Shown: piece by piece, positions 10,155 to 19,277 of the stretch
How the letters are laid out: the number at the start of each line of letters is the position of its first letter
Position numbering within the stretch: the first letter of the stretch is position 1
NCBI RefSeq assembly: GCF_000039765.1
Contig: NC_004460.2
Coordinates: 60,001 to 92,000 of the forward strand
From: Vibrio vulnificus CMCP6
Lineage (GTDB): Bacteria > Pseudomonadota > Gammaproteobacteria > Enterobacterales > Vibrionaceae
Reading direction: 5' to 3'
DNA length: 32,000 nt
Notes under the pieces: generated by a model
The model's database searches: none
Seen by the model: only the letters and a program-made list of their open reading frames with translations
What the model was told of the DNA's origin: nothing
Translations under genes and position numbers: made by a program

Positions 10155-10703
10155 ATGGATTTTAAAGTAGCGAATTATTGCGATTTTGAACGGATTTCCC
10201 AACTTCACGCAAACAGCCTCAAGTCACACTATGGCGGTATCTTGAGTGAGCAGTACCTGACTCACGAGGTCTCAGCCGAGAAACTGCTGTTATGGCAAAC
10301 TCGATTAACAAACCCTCCCTTTAGTCAGCACATCGTTTTGGCCGAAGAAGGAGGGCTGTTGCTGGGCTTTATTTGTGCTTTCGGTAACCATGACTTTGAG
10401 CTGGGTACCTTCATTGATTCACTCTACGTCGATGACGCGTTTCAAAACCGAGGAATTGGCAGCAAGTTATTAAAAGAAATCGCGCAGTGGCAGCAACATT
10501 ACTTTAGTGATCGTGGCCTTTATTTACAGGTGAGTGAATCCAACACCGAGGCGATTGAGTTTTACCTGCATATTGGCGGCAGGGTGGCTGAGAGTCGTCA
10601 GCGCGAAGATCTGTCAGGGGAAATCGTGGTAGAAAAGGTGATGACTTGGCAAAACGCGCAAGCACTATTGGATGGGCTTGAACTGGCACTCGTTCACGGT
10701 TGA
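10155..10703 (+). CDS. GNAT-family N-acetyltransferase
   Basis: Acetyl-CoA binding motif A, LYVDDAFQNRGIGSKLLKEI. The track ORF begins at 10056. I prefer the internal ATG at 10155 (MDFKVANY...) because GNAT domains are about 160-180 aa, but the start is uncertain. Confidence 0.7.
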   Translation: MDFKVANYCDFERISQLHANSLKSHYGGILSEQYLTHEVSAEKLLLWQTRLTNPPFSQHIVLAEEGGLLLGFICAFGNHDFELGTFIDSLYVDDAFQNRGIGSKLLKEIAQWQQHYFSDRGLYLQVSESNTEAIEFYLHIGGRVAESRQREDLSGEIVVEKVMTWQNAQALLDGLELALVHG

Positions 10704-10738
10704 AGCCAGCCAGTAAAATGTTGCATTTTTCAGTTCAG

Positions 10739-10770
10739 TAAAAAAGGGATGCCGTTGGGGCATCCCTTCC
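10739..10770. terminator. Bidirectional terminator between convergent GNAT gene and ylqF/rbgA
   Basis: Stem gggatgcc / ggcatccc with loop gttgg. On the minus strand it is followed by tttttt (strong for ylqF). On the plus strand it is followed by ttccgttt (weaker). Confidence 0.6.
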
Positions 10771-10795
10771 GTTTATTAACACTTATTAACGCTCA

Positions 10796-11740
10796 TTAAC
10801 GTTTGTTACGTAGGTAACGTTTACGACGCTCTTCTTTGTTCTTTGCCTTTTCTTCCGCACGGCGCGCAGCTTCGAGTTCCACTTCCACCAATTCTTCCGT
10901 GATCATCTCTGGGCGTTCTAGGGTAATTTGTCCTAGCGTGCCGCTACGAAGCTCATGCAGCAGGATTTCACTGGCCTTGTGGAGATCAACACGACCACCA
11001 GAACGCAATGCCCCACGGCGTTGGCCAATCTCTTCCATCAATTCAACATCGGTTTCTGGCAGTTCTTCGATCTGATAGCGCTCTTTCAACTTCTCAGGGT
11101 AGTGCTTTGCGAGGTACTCGACGGTGTAAAACGCCACTTCGTCATATTCCATCGCCGTATCTTTCACTGCGCCTGTAGCGGCTAAACGAAAACCACTATG
11201 AGGGTTTTCCACTTTTGGCCAAAGAATCCCAGGGGTATCTGATAACACAATGCCATTTTGCAGGTTGATGCGCTGTTGGCGGCGAGTCACCGCTGGTTGG
11301 TTACCCGTTTGTGCAATCGCACGGCCGGCCAAAGTGTTGATGATGGTGGATTTCCCCACGTTTGGGATGCCCATGATCATGGTACGAATGTTTTTGCCGA
11401 CTTCTTCACGATGAGGAGCTAGCTTACGGCATAGCTCAAGAATTTTATGCACTTCTTGAGTCTGTGACGTGGTGATCGCCATCGCTTTTACATTCTGTTC
11501 TTTTTCAAGATGTTCAATCCAAAGTTCTGTTAGCTCAGGATCGGCTAAATCGCGCTTGTTCAGTACTTTAACGACGGGTTTTTCACCGCGGATTTTAGAA
11601 ATAAGAGGGTTTTCGCTACTAAAAGGAATACGTGCATCTAGCACTTCAATAATGACATCTATCTGCGGAATCGCTTCTGCAATCTCTTTTTGGGCTTTAT
11701 GCATGTGGCCCGGAAACCATTGAATTGAATTGTTAACCAT
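10796..11740 (-). CDS. rbgA: Ribosome biogenesis GTPase A (YlqF/RbgA, circularly permuted GTPase)
   Basis: IQWFPGHMHKA at the N-terminus. The G-motif order is permuted: NKRD (G4) precedes GIPNVGKST (G1) and DTPG (G3). I chose the start at MVNNSIQWFPGHM (11740) rather than the track start at 11815. Confidence 0.85.
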   Translation of the reverse strand: MVNNSIQWFPGHMHKAQKEIAEAIPQIDVIIEVLDARIPFSSENPLISKIRGEKPVVKVLNKRDLADPELTELWIEHLEKEQNVKAMAITTSQTQEVHKILELCRKLAPHREEVGKNIRTMIMGIPNVGKSTIINTLAGRAIAQTGNQPAVTRRQQRINLQNGIVLSDTPGILWPKVENPHSGFRLAATGAVKDTAMEYDEVAFYTVEYLAKHYPEKLKERYQIEELPETDVELMEEIGQRRGALRSGGRVDLHKASEILLHELRSGTLGQITLERPEMITEELVEVELEAARRAEEKAKNKEERRKRYLRNKR

Positions 11741-11932
11741 TTGAATAAATTGCCCTTTGTGTTTCTTTGTCTGTCTGAAAACATACCGCATTTGGCTAAA
11801 AAGCTGTGATAGCAACTTCAGCTAGGGTGTGTACAGACGGCTTTGGCGCGATCTTATCACTTCCAACCTCCGATGGCGAAGATAAGATTCCTTATTCACA
11901 ACAAGCCCATCTCTCGGTATCACGACCCAAAT

Positions 11933-11974
11933 AAAAACGCACCACGGGGTTTGGCTGCCCGTTGTGCGTTTTAT
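11933..11974 (-). terminator. Rho-independent terminator downstream of the Aer-like receptor gene
   Basis: A 12-bp stem with one mismatch (acgcaccacggg / cccgttgtgcgt), followed by a T-run on the minus strand. It lies about 30 nt after the stop at 12001. Confidence 0.5.
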
Positions 11975-12000
11975 TACTTATCGTCTATAGGTTGAACACA

Positions 12001-13560
12001 TCAAATGCGTCTAAATTGAGAAACCAGCTTACCTTGGCTATCTAGGGATTTCACCAACGCGTTACATTGGTGACAGGTGTCACTTGAGAGCACGTTGGTG
12101 GCCGAGCAAGCATCACTGATGGATTGCACGCTAGAGCTCATGTCTTCCGTGACTCGAGCCATCTCTTCAACTGCTGTAGCAATTTGGTTGTTTCGGTCAG
12201 AAATGTCCGTTACTTGGTCGAGAAGTATTTGCAGTTTTTGCCCAGAGGAGTCGGCTGAAGAGACACATTGTTCAGCCAAGTGCGTCCCTTCACTCATGGA
12301 GGAGACCGCTTTCTGCGTGCTGCTTTGGATCAATCCAATCACTTTCTGGATTTCTTCGGTAGATTCATGGCTGCGCTGCGCAAGCTTTCTCACTTCGTCG
12401 GCGACGACTGCAAAGCCTCGCCCTTGTTCACCAGCTCGAGCGGCTTCGATGGCCGCATTCAAGGCGAGTAGGTTGGTTTGCTCAGCCACACCCTGAATGA
12501 TGATCAGCACATCACCAATGGTTTTGCCGTGTTGCGCGAGTTGGCTCACCACGTCTGAAGTTTCATCCAATTGTCCTGCCAGTAGTTTTATCGCCTTGAC
12601 AGTGTCTTGCACGGTGATCATCCCTTCACTCGCGGCGGAGTGAGCTTGATCTGTCGCATCAGAGGCACTTTGCGCGTTTTGCGCGATCTCATTGGCGGTG
12701 GAGTGCATTTCGGTAATGGCAGCAGCCACTTGTTCTGTCTCGTGGGTTTGACCTTTGAGGTTGTGCGAAGCTTTGTCGCTGTTTGAAGATGAATTTCTTG
12801 CAGAGTCAATTAGTTGTTGATTGGAGTCCTGAATGCGTCCCACCACCGCATTGAGCTCAGACTGGCGCATCTTAAGTGCCAATTTTATCTCGGAAATATC
12901 GTCTACTTTCTTGTTGTATACCAGTTCCATCAATGGGTTATCGAACACTTTACGCGCTTCTGCTGAAAGCGATTCTAATCGACGGGTGGAGCTGTAGCTG
13001 ATCGCCACAGACAGTAAGAGAAGTGACCAAATACCTAAGCCGGGAAGCGCGGTATTGAACGCCAAGCTTAAGAGAGTCGCGCCAAAAAACAGTATTGATT
13101 GCCTTTGCCATAGTCGAGTGCGAGGAAGCTTGAGTTGAATAGGCGTCTTGCCAGCACGAATTTGTGCGTATAGCCGAGTCGCATTTTCGACATTTTCTCG
13201 GCTTGGACACAACCGAACAGATTGATATTCGACAACTTTGCCAGAGCTGTCCTTAATGGGTGAGGCAAACGCATCAACCCAATAATGGTCGCCATTTTTA
13301 CAACGGTTTTTGACCATTCCCATCCAAGATTTACCCGCTTTCAAATGTTCCCATAAATCTTTAAACGCTTCGGGTGGCATGTCAGGGTGTCGCACGATGT
13401 TGTGTGGCTGCCCCATCAACTCCTCTAACGTATAACCAGCGACATCACAAAACTCTTTGCTCGCATACGTGATATGACTGGAAGGAGAGGTAACAGAGAG
13501 AAGGTTGTAGTGAGGAGGGTAAGTCACCTCTTTCTGCGTCACGGGTTGATTGATTCGCAT
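12001..13560 (-). CDS. aer: Aer-like aerotaxis/redox methyl-accepting chemotaxis protein (N-terminal PAS, membrane hairpin, HAMP, MCP signalling domain)
   Basis: The N-terminal [46 protein letters not shown] closely matches the FAD-binding PAS of E. coli Aer as I recall it. A central hydrophobic hairpin ([34 protein letters not shown]) follows. The C-terminus has the highly conserved MCP hairpin [35 protein letters not shown]. Confidence 0.85.
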   Translation of the reverse strand: MRINQPVTQKEVTYPPHYNLLSVTSPSSHITYASKEFCDVAGYTLEELMGQPHNIVRHPDMPPEAFKDLWEHLKAGKSWMGMVKNRCKNGDHYWVDAFASPIKDSSGKVVEYQSVRLCPSRENVENATRLYAQIRAGKTPIQLKLPRTRLWQRQSILFFGATLLSLAFNTALPGLGIWSLLLLSVAISYSSTRRLESLSAEARKVFDNPLMELVYNKKVDDISEIKLALKMRQSELNAVVGRIQDSNQQLIDSARNSSSNSDKASHNLKGQTHETEQVAAAITEMHSTANEIAQNAQSASDATDQAHSAASEGMITVQDTVKAIKLLAGQLDETSDVVSQLAQHGKTIGDVLIIIQGVAEQTNLLALNAAIEAARAGEQGRGFAVVADEVRKLAQRSHESTEEIQKVIGLIQSSTQKAVSSMSEGTHLAEQCVSSADSSGQKLQILLDQVTDISDRNNQIATAVEEMARVTEDMSSSVQSISDACSATNVLSSDTCHQCNALVKSLDSQGKLVSQFRRI

Positions 13561-13766
13561 AAATTGCCTCTTGATTCATATCCCTGAATGAAAAAATAAG
13601 CCACGACTTTTACTTTAGCTTTAACTTAAATAACAATCATTATTATTGCTCTTTTATAAGGTTTAGTTCAGTTTGGAAAAAGTACAAACCTTCATATTAC
13701 CCATTGCTTTTATTGGCATTGGTCTATTATTGAAAAATACTGCATACAAAAGGTGGAGAAGCCGAT

Positions 13767-14687
13767 ATGTCACTGGGAAGTGTATTAAATAAAGTCGAAG
13801 ATGCAGATGAACTTCTGAAACTTCATGATCTTACTGAAGCGGATTTAGCGCTGATTCGTAAATTTGGTCAAATAATGGTGCCCAAACTCGATGAGTACGT
13901 TAAGCACTTTTACGATTGGCTCAGAAACACCCCTGAATATGAGCAGTATTTCGGTGATGCGCAAAAGCTACAACGAGTTCAAGATTCGCAAGTTCGCTAC
14001 TGGAAGACCTTCTTTGATGCCAGGATAGATTCGGCCTACCTCAAGGAAAGACGGGATGTTGGAGAGATTCATGCCCGTGTCGGCTTACCATTGCCAACTT
14101 ATTTTGCCGGTATGAACATCTCGATGGTGATATTTACCAAAAGAATGTACGACGGCAGTTTATACAGTGACGAATACAGCTCATTGGTGACGGCATTTAC
14201 CAAATTGTTGCATTTGGATACCACTATAGTAGTAGATACCTATTCGCGTTTAATTAATAAACGCATTTCTGAACAGAGCGAAGCGTTATTAGCGATGTCG
14301 ACACCGGTGACGATGATTTGGCAGGATATTTTGATGTTGCCAATCGTCGGCATTATCGATTCAAAACGCGCTCAAGATATTATGTCCGCAGTACTTAATA
14401 AGATTTCGGAGAATAGAGCCAAAATTTTTATTATGGATATTTCTGGTGTTGCGGTCGTCGATACGGCGGTAGCCAACCACTTTATTAAAATCACGAAAGC
14501 AACAAAATTAATGGGTTGCGATTGTCTGGTCTCGGGCGTTTCGCCTTCTATCGCGCGTACTATGGTCCAACTGGGCATCAATGTTGGTGAGGTTCGTACC
14601 AATGCCACCTTGCGAGATGCGCTCGAAAATGCATTCAAAATTGTTGGGCTGACCGTGAGCGGTTTGAAACACTTTCCTCATGAGTAG
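13767..14687 (+). CDS. rsbR: RsbR-like stressosome sensor: N-terminal globin-coupled-sensor (protoglobin) domain + C-terminal STAS domain
   Basis: 306 aa. The N-terminal half has the globin-coupled-sensor signature around a proximal His, RRDVGEIHARVGLPLPTYF (His102, nt 14070-14072). The C-terminal half is an RsbR-type STAS: STPVTMIWQDILMLPIVGIIDSKRAQ...IMDISGVAVVDTAVANHFI. RBS aaggtggag. The stop overlaps the rsbS start region. Confidence 0.85.
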   Translation: MSLGSVLNKVEDADELLKLHDLTEADLALIRKFGQIMVPKLDEYVKHFYDWLRNTPEYEQYFGDAQKLQRVQDSQVRYWKTFFDARIDSAYLKERRDVGEIHARVGLPLPTYFAGMNISMVIFTKRMYDGSLYSDEYSSLVTAFTKLLHLDTTIVVDTYSRLINKRISEQSEALLAMSTPVTMIWQDILMLPIVGIIDSKRAQDIMSAVLNKISENRAKIFIMDISGVAVVDTAVANHFIKITKATKLMGCDCLVSGVSPSIARTMVQLGINVGEVRTNATLRDALENAFKIVGLTVSGLKHFPHE

Positions 14688-14689
14688 TG

Positions 14690-15043
14690 ATGACGATGCA
14701 AAGTGCAATTTCGATTTCCAAACTACAAGATGTGTTGATCGCGTCTGTTCAAGTTGATCTCACCGAAAGTACGCTGAGAGATTTCAGCCTTGATCTTTTA
14801 GATGCGGTGAAATCGACCAGAGCAAAAGGGGTCATGATAGAGCTATCGGGAGTAAAAACGCTGGATGGAGAAAGTATGCACCGCCTACTCGATGTCGTGA
14901 AAACCGTTGAAGTGATGGGGCGTCGCTGCTTACTCGTTGGACTTCGACCGGGGGTTGTGATTGGCCTTATGGACATCGGTATTGATCTTGCCTCAACTCT
15001 GTGTGTCGCCGATTTAGAGCAGGGGTTTCTTTATTTGGAATGA
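14690..15043 (+). CDS. rsbS: RsbS-like single-STAS stressosome scaffold protein
   Basis: About 117 aa. It aligns without gaps, from memory, to B. subtilis RsbS: ISISKLQDVLIASVQVDL...GVMIELSGVKTLDGES...LVGLRPGVVIGLMDIGI...DLEQG. Possible starts are GTG 14687, ATG 14690 and ATG 14696. Confidence 0.85.
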   Translation: MTMQSAISISKLQDVLIASVQVDLTESTLRDFSLDLLDAVKSTRAKGVMIELSGVKTLDGESMHRLLDVVKTVEVMGRRCLLVGLRPGVVIGLMDIGIDLASTLCVADLEQGFLYLE

Positions 15044-15068
15044 TGATGGCTAGTTATGGAAACGCAAT

Positions 15069-15479
15069 ATGGTAGAAGTGGTCAGAAGCCTACAAACCTA
15101 TTACATCGCATCAGAAACCGACGTGATGAGTGCGGTAATGGGATGTTACAACGTAGCGCGTGAATTGGGCTTTGACGAAGGCCGAGTCAGTGAAATCTCC
15201 ACCTCGGTATCAGAGTTAGCAATGAACGTGGTGAAGTACGCAGAGTTTGGTCGGGTAGAGCTTTCCGAATTGACAAACGGCAAGGCAATTGGCTTGAGAA
15301 TGACCGTACGAGATAAAGGGCCGGGGATCCACAACATTGAAGATGCGCTCAGTGATCACTACAGCACAGGGCACTCATTAGGGCTTGGTTTGCCAGGAGT
15401 GAAACGCATGATGGATAGCTTTGAATTGACAACTGAGTTAGAGAAAGGCACCACGATTGTTGCTGAGAAGTGGGTGTGA
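15069..15479 (+). CDS. rsbT: RsbT-like serine/threonine kinase (GHKL ATPase, anti-sigma-factor-kinase type)
   Basis: 136 aa, close to RsbT size. N-box ELAMNVVKYA, G1 DKGPGI, G2 GLGLPGVKR. It lies immediately after the two STAS genes. Confidence 0.85.
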   Translation: MVEVVRSLQTYYIASETDVMSAVMGCYNVARELGFDEGRVSEISTSVSELAMNVVKYAEFGRVELSELTNGKAIGLRMTVRDKGPGIHNIEDALSDHYSTGHSLGLGLPGVKRMMDSFELTTELEKGTTIVAEKWV

Positions 15480-15481
15480 CG

Positions 15482-16066
15482 ATGGGATTTGACTTTGTTA
15501 CTGTCAATGATCCTTGCAGCGGCGAATATGTCTCTGGCGATGGGGCTGTCATTCACGAATTTGAGCATGGGCTCTTGGTTGTCATTATTGATGTTCTAGG
15601 CCATGGTGAAAAAGCAGCGAAAACCGCAAGGGCAATGGAGTCATACATCAAAGAGCTCTGCTCCAGTGACATCGTGTGGTTGATGGAAAAAGTGCACGAA
15701 CATTTTTTAACTTCTCAAGGTGCGGCAATGACAATGGTTTACTTCGATCGGTTAACGCACCAGCTCAAAGGGGTCGCGATTGGCAACACCTTGTTACGCC
15801 GTTGCGGAGAAGAGTGGCAATCGTATCACGCACAACCAGGAGTGGTCGGAGAATTGTTGCCAACACTAAAACCATTTCACGATGTCTTTAAAGATGGTGA
15901 TACGTTTCTCTTTACCACCGATGGCATTAAGGAAAACATCGATCCAGAATCCTGCCGAAGCTTTCAATACCATTCCCTTGGTTCGTTTACGCATTTCTTA
16001 ACCACCAATTTTGGTAAGTCCTACGATGATTCAACGGTAATTGCAGTTAGGTACTACTATGACTGA
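15482..16066 (+). CDS. rsbX: RsbX-like PP2C/SpoIIE-family serine phosphatase (stressosome feedback phosphatase)
   Basis: 194 aa. SGDGAVIHEFEHGLLVVIIDVLGHGEKAA is the characteristic (S/C)GD...DGLGHG metal-binding pattern, and TTDGI is a late Asp motif. The ATG at 15482 is 2 nt after the rsbT stop. The 3' end overlaps the kinase start (ATGACTGA). Confidence 0.75.
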   Translation: MGFDFVTVNDPCSGEYVSGDGAVIHEFEHGLLVVIIDVLGHGEKAAKTARAMESYIKELCSSDIVWLMEKVHEHFLTSQGAAMTMVYFDRLTHQLKGVAIGNTLLRRCGEEWQSYHAQPGVVGELLPTLKPFHDVFKDGDTFLFTTDGIKENIDPESCRSFQYHSLGSFTHFLTTNFGKSYDDSTVIAVRYYYD

Positions 16067-19000
16067 ATCGATCTCTTTAACCTTGACCAACAATGAAAGT
16101 AGCCGTTTTTTGATTCGTCAGCGATTACTATCCATCCTGCAAGCCTTTGGCTATGATGCCTGTCGGTGTGACATTCATATGTTACGTCTCGGTGAGTTTG
16201 TGCGTATTACGCTCGCAGATATTCAACGTTTTACTTTGAGCTTTGAGCTAGATGACGACAGCTTGAAAGTCATTCTTGCCAGCTCAGAGCTCGATCCGCA
16301 AACTTGCTCATTCCCTGCTTGTGTTCATACATTTCAACGTGAGAAGGCCATCGGCGTCTCTATTCCCTCATTAATTCCACTGTCTGATGAGATCCTAAAC
16401 CAACTGACACAGTTTTTGGCGAAGCCGAGCCGCGATGAGTTGATGTCGGAATTGAAAGCGAAAAACCAAGAATTAGCTGTGCATCAAGCCGGGCTAGAGA
16501 AAGAAATTGAGCTGCGTACCGCAGACCTTAAAGCCAGCGAAGAGCTGTCGCGCACGATTATTGATGGCGCACCGTCAAGCGTCGCTATTGTCGATGAATC
16601 CCTGTCTATTTCACTGTGGAACAGTACCGCGCAAAATGTTTATGGTTACAGCAGCGAAGAGGCGACAGGAGAGAACATTTTAACGTTGCTCAATATGAGT
16701 TTGCCTGATGCACTTTCGCATGTGCTTTCTGCCCCTTTGGCATTGCAAAATCAGCCTGATGTTGAGGGCGGGTTCTTCGAAGTGGAAACGACAACGAAAG
16801 AAGGGCACATGGTGCCGATCGATTTGGGGGTCTCCATCTTTGAGCTCAATGGGGCGTGCCATGCGGCACTGTTTCTGCGCGATGTCACCTCTAGAAAGGC
16901 GGTGGAAAAAGAACTCAATGACGCCAAAGCGAAAGCGGAAGAGGCGGTTGAAGTGAAATCGATGTTCTTGGCCAACATGAGCCATGAAATACGTACACCG
17001 ATGAACGCCATCATCGGAATGTCGCACTTAGCGTTAAAAACCGATCTTACCCCCAAGCAGCATGATTATGTCTCCAAAATTCACAGTTCAGCGACGCTCT
17101 TACTTGGCATCATCAATGACATTCTCGACTTCAGTAAAATTGAAGCGGGTAAGTTAAGCATCGAAACAACGGAATTCTATCTCGACGACGTGTTTCATAA
17201 CGTTTCGATGGTGACAGGACAGAAAGCATTTGAGAAAGGGTTAGAACTGATCTTTGACTTACCACGGGAGACGCCTCGATGTTTGCTCGGCGATCCGCTG
17301 CGTTTGGGGCAAATCATCATCAACTTAGTCAACAACTCGGTTAAGTTTACCGAGAAAGGTGAAATCACAGTCTCTGTACATCACATTAGAAATGTTGAAG
17401 ATTTGGTGGAACTTGAATTTCGTATTTCGGATACCGGCATCGGTATGACGGACAAACAGATGAAAAGCCTCTTTACTGCCTTTACTCAAGCCGATGGCAG
17501 TACCACGCGAAAATATGGTGGGACGGGCTTAGGCCTCTCAATTTGCCGCCGACTAGTCGAGTTAATGGGCGGGCAAATTCGAGTCGAAAGTGAAGCGGGC
17601 AAAGGCAGCCATTTCATTTTCAATGTGCTGGTGAAAGCCGATCCAGCCAACAGCTCGGCACCAAGCATTGTGCCTCAGTCTCTGGAAAAAATACGCATTC
17701 TTGTGGTGGATGATAACGAGCATGCACTTGAAATTATGCAAGAGATGCTCAGTACTTTGCCCGGCAAAGTGGCGCTTGCCAACTCAGGTCAACAAGCGGT
17801 GGATTGCATACGGAAAGCATCGGAACAGCGTGAAAAGTTTGATTTGATTTTTATGGATTGGAACATGCCAGAAATGGACGGCATAGAAACCAGCCGTTTG
17901 ATTCGAGAATCCTTCGCCAGCGAGTATCAACCGCAAATCGTTATTGTGACGGCCTATGACAAAGAAGACGTACTGGACGCAACCAATGATCTCGATATCG
18001 CGGGTTTTCTCTCTAAGCCGGTGGGGCAATCTTACCTTTTTGATCTGCTGGTTGAGTTGTTTGGTCGTGATAGAAATCCAACCACGCAGATTCGTAAGAA
18101 AGAGCTTCCCACTCATGACAGCAAAAATGATCTCAAAGGGCTGAAAGTCCTGCTCACGGAAGACAATGAAATCAATCAACAGATTGCTGTTGAGCTGATG
18201 GAAGGCAATGGTTTGCTGGTCACTGTGGCCAATAATGGCCAAGAAGCACTCGAACATTTAGAAGCCATGGAAAAAGGCGAGTCTCACTTTGATATCGTTT
18301 TCATGGACTTACAAATGCCCGTTATGGATGGTTATGAAGCTAGCCATCGAATTCGCGCTAACTCAAGTTACGATACCATTCCTCTTATCGCGATGACGGC
18401 CCATGCCATGGTAGAAGAGCGCGAACGTTGTTTAAACTTAGGGATGAATGATCATATTTCAAAACCGATTGACCCTGAGATATTGTTCAACACCATCCGG
18501 AAATGGTGTCCACGAACGCTAAACGAAAAAGATGAGTCGCCTGTCGATGTCGAACAATCGCAAACTCAACAGCTTGATTCATCCATCGAATCTGCTGCCA
18601 CGCCTAAGTCGACAGAGAGAGCGGCAGCAGAGAAGCGGACACTAGAGACGTTGGAATCACTCGATTACAAGAATGGACTACTCAGAGTAGCGGGTAATCA
18701 AACGCTTTATCGCCGGCTCTTGTCACAGCTCATGGATAAAGAGATCTCCGCACCAGAAAGGCTCACCATTGCGCTGGATAAGCAAGACACTGAGCAAGCC
18801 ATTATCATTGCTCACTCACTGAAAGGTTCGGCCTCCAATTTAGGCGCGATCCGATTGTCGGATATTGCTTCACGCTTGGAAATGGCGATACAACATGGCA
18901 AAGAAAGAGCGGAAATCGATAAGCTGAACAAGGAACTGGATGGATATCTAGAGCACTTTTTTCAGGATCTGGCGTTAGCATTAGGCAGACCCAAGCCAAG

Positions 19001-19277
19001 TAGCGATAAGCGACTGGAATTAAAAGATGAAGAGCTGATGATTATCCACACCCTAGATAGCCTGTTGGACAGTTTAGACGCTTATGCGATCGAGTTTCTT
19101 GACGAGCACTACGTGCTACTCAATACTTTACTAAAGTCTGAGGATTTTGAAGCGTGCTGCCGTTGTGTGAATGATTGTGATTTTGAGTCAGCGAGTAAAT
19201 CACTGAGAAAGGCTGTGAGCATCTATCCTTTAGATCTTGGGAAGCTTTCGGGAGAGAAAAATGGAAGGGAATCGTGA
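16059..19277 (+). CDS. Cytoplasmic hybrid sensor histidine kinase: unknown N-domain, coiled coil, PAS, HisKA, HATPase_c, REC, REC, HPt
   Basis: H-box FLANMSHEIRTPMN (His at nt 16983-16985). N-box IINLVNNSVKFT, G1 DTGIGM, G2 GGTGLGLSI. REC1 VVDDN...FMDWNMPEMDG...SKP. REC2 LTEDN...FMDLQMPVMDG...SKP. HPt IAHSLKGSASNLGA. No TM segment seen. I chose the start at ATG 16059 (MTESISL). Confidence 0.9.
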   Translation: MTESISLTLTNNESSRFLIRQRLLSILQAFGYDACRCDIHMLRLGEFVRITLADIQRFTLSFELDDDSLKVILASSELDPQTCSFPACVHTFQREKAIGVSIPSLIPLSDEILNQLTQFLAKPSRDELMSELKAKNQELAVHQAGLEKEIELRTADLKASEELSRTIIDGAPSSVAIVDESLSISLWNSTAQNVYGYSSEEATGENILTLLNMSLPDALSHVLSAPLALQNQPDVEGGFFEVETTTKEGHMVPIDLGVSIFELNGACHAALFLRDVTSRKAVEKELNDAKAKAEEAVEVKSMFLANMSHEIRTPMNAIIGMSHLALKTDLTPKQHDYVSKIHSSATLLLGIINDILDFSKIEAGKLSIETTEFYLDDVFHNVSMVTGQKAFEKGLELIFDLPRETPRCLLGDPLRLGQIIINLVNNSVKFTEKGEITVSVHHIRNVEDLVELEFRISDTGIGMTDKQMKSLFTAFTQADGSTTRKYGGTGLGLSICRRLVELMGGQIRVESEAGKGSHFIFNVLVKADPANSSAPSIVPQSLEKIRILVVDDNEHALEIMQEMLSTLPGKVALANSGQQAVDCIRKASEQREKFDLIFMDWNMPEMDGIETSRLIRESFASEYQPQIVIVTAYDKEDVLDATNDLDIAGFLSKPVGQSYLFDLLVELFGRDRNPTTQIRKKELPTHDSKNDLKGLKVLLTEDNEINQQIAVELMEGNGLLVTVANNGQEALEHLEAMEKGESHFDIVFMDLQMPVMDGYEASHRIRANSSYDTIPLIAMTAHAMVEERERCLNLGMNDHISKPIDPEILFNTIRKWCPRTLNEKDESPVDVEQSQTQQLDSSIESAATPKSTERAAAEKRTLETLESLDYKNGLLRVAGNQTLYRRLLSQLMDKEISAPERLTIALDKQDTEQAIIIAHSLKGSASNLGAIRLSDIASRLEMAIQHGKERAEIDKLNKELDGYLEHFFQDLALALGRPKPSSDKRLELKDEELMIIHTLDSLLDSLDAYAIEFLDEHYVLLNTLLKSEDFEACCRCVNDCDFESASKSLRKAVSIYPLDLGKLSGEKNGRES

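Noticed and set aside
13571-13584. FNR-like site TTGAT-tcat-ATCcc next to the aer-like gene start
   Set aside because: Only 8 of 10 core positions match. The site sits 11-24 nt from the start codon, inside the likely 5' UTR/RBS region, which is an unlikely position for a functional FNR site. It was tempting only because of the O2-sensing context.
6379-18257. Long antisense ORFs inside confident genes (e.g. 6379..6768 -, 9499..9915 -, 12077..12496 +, 16680..17027 -, 17784..18257 -)
   Set aside because: Each lies fully within, and opposite to or out of frame with, a gene that has strong domain evidence. Their products lack motifs and have the skewed composition of shadow frames.
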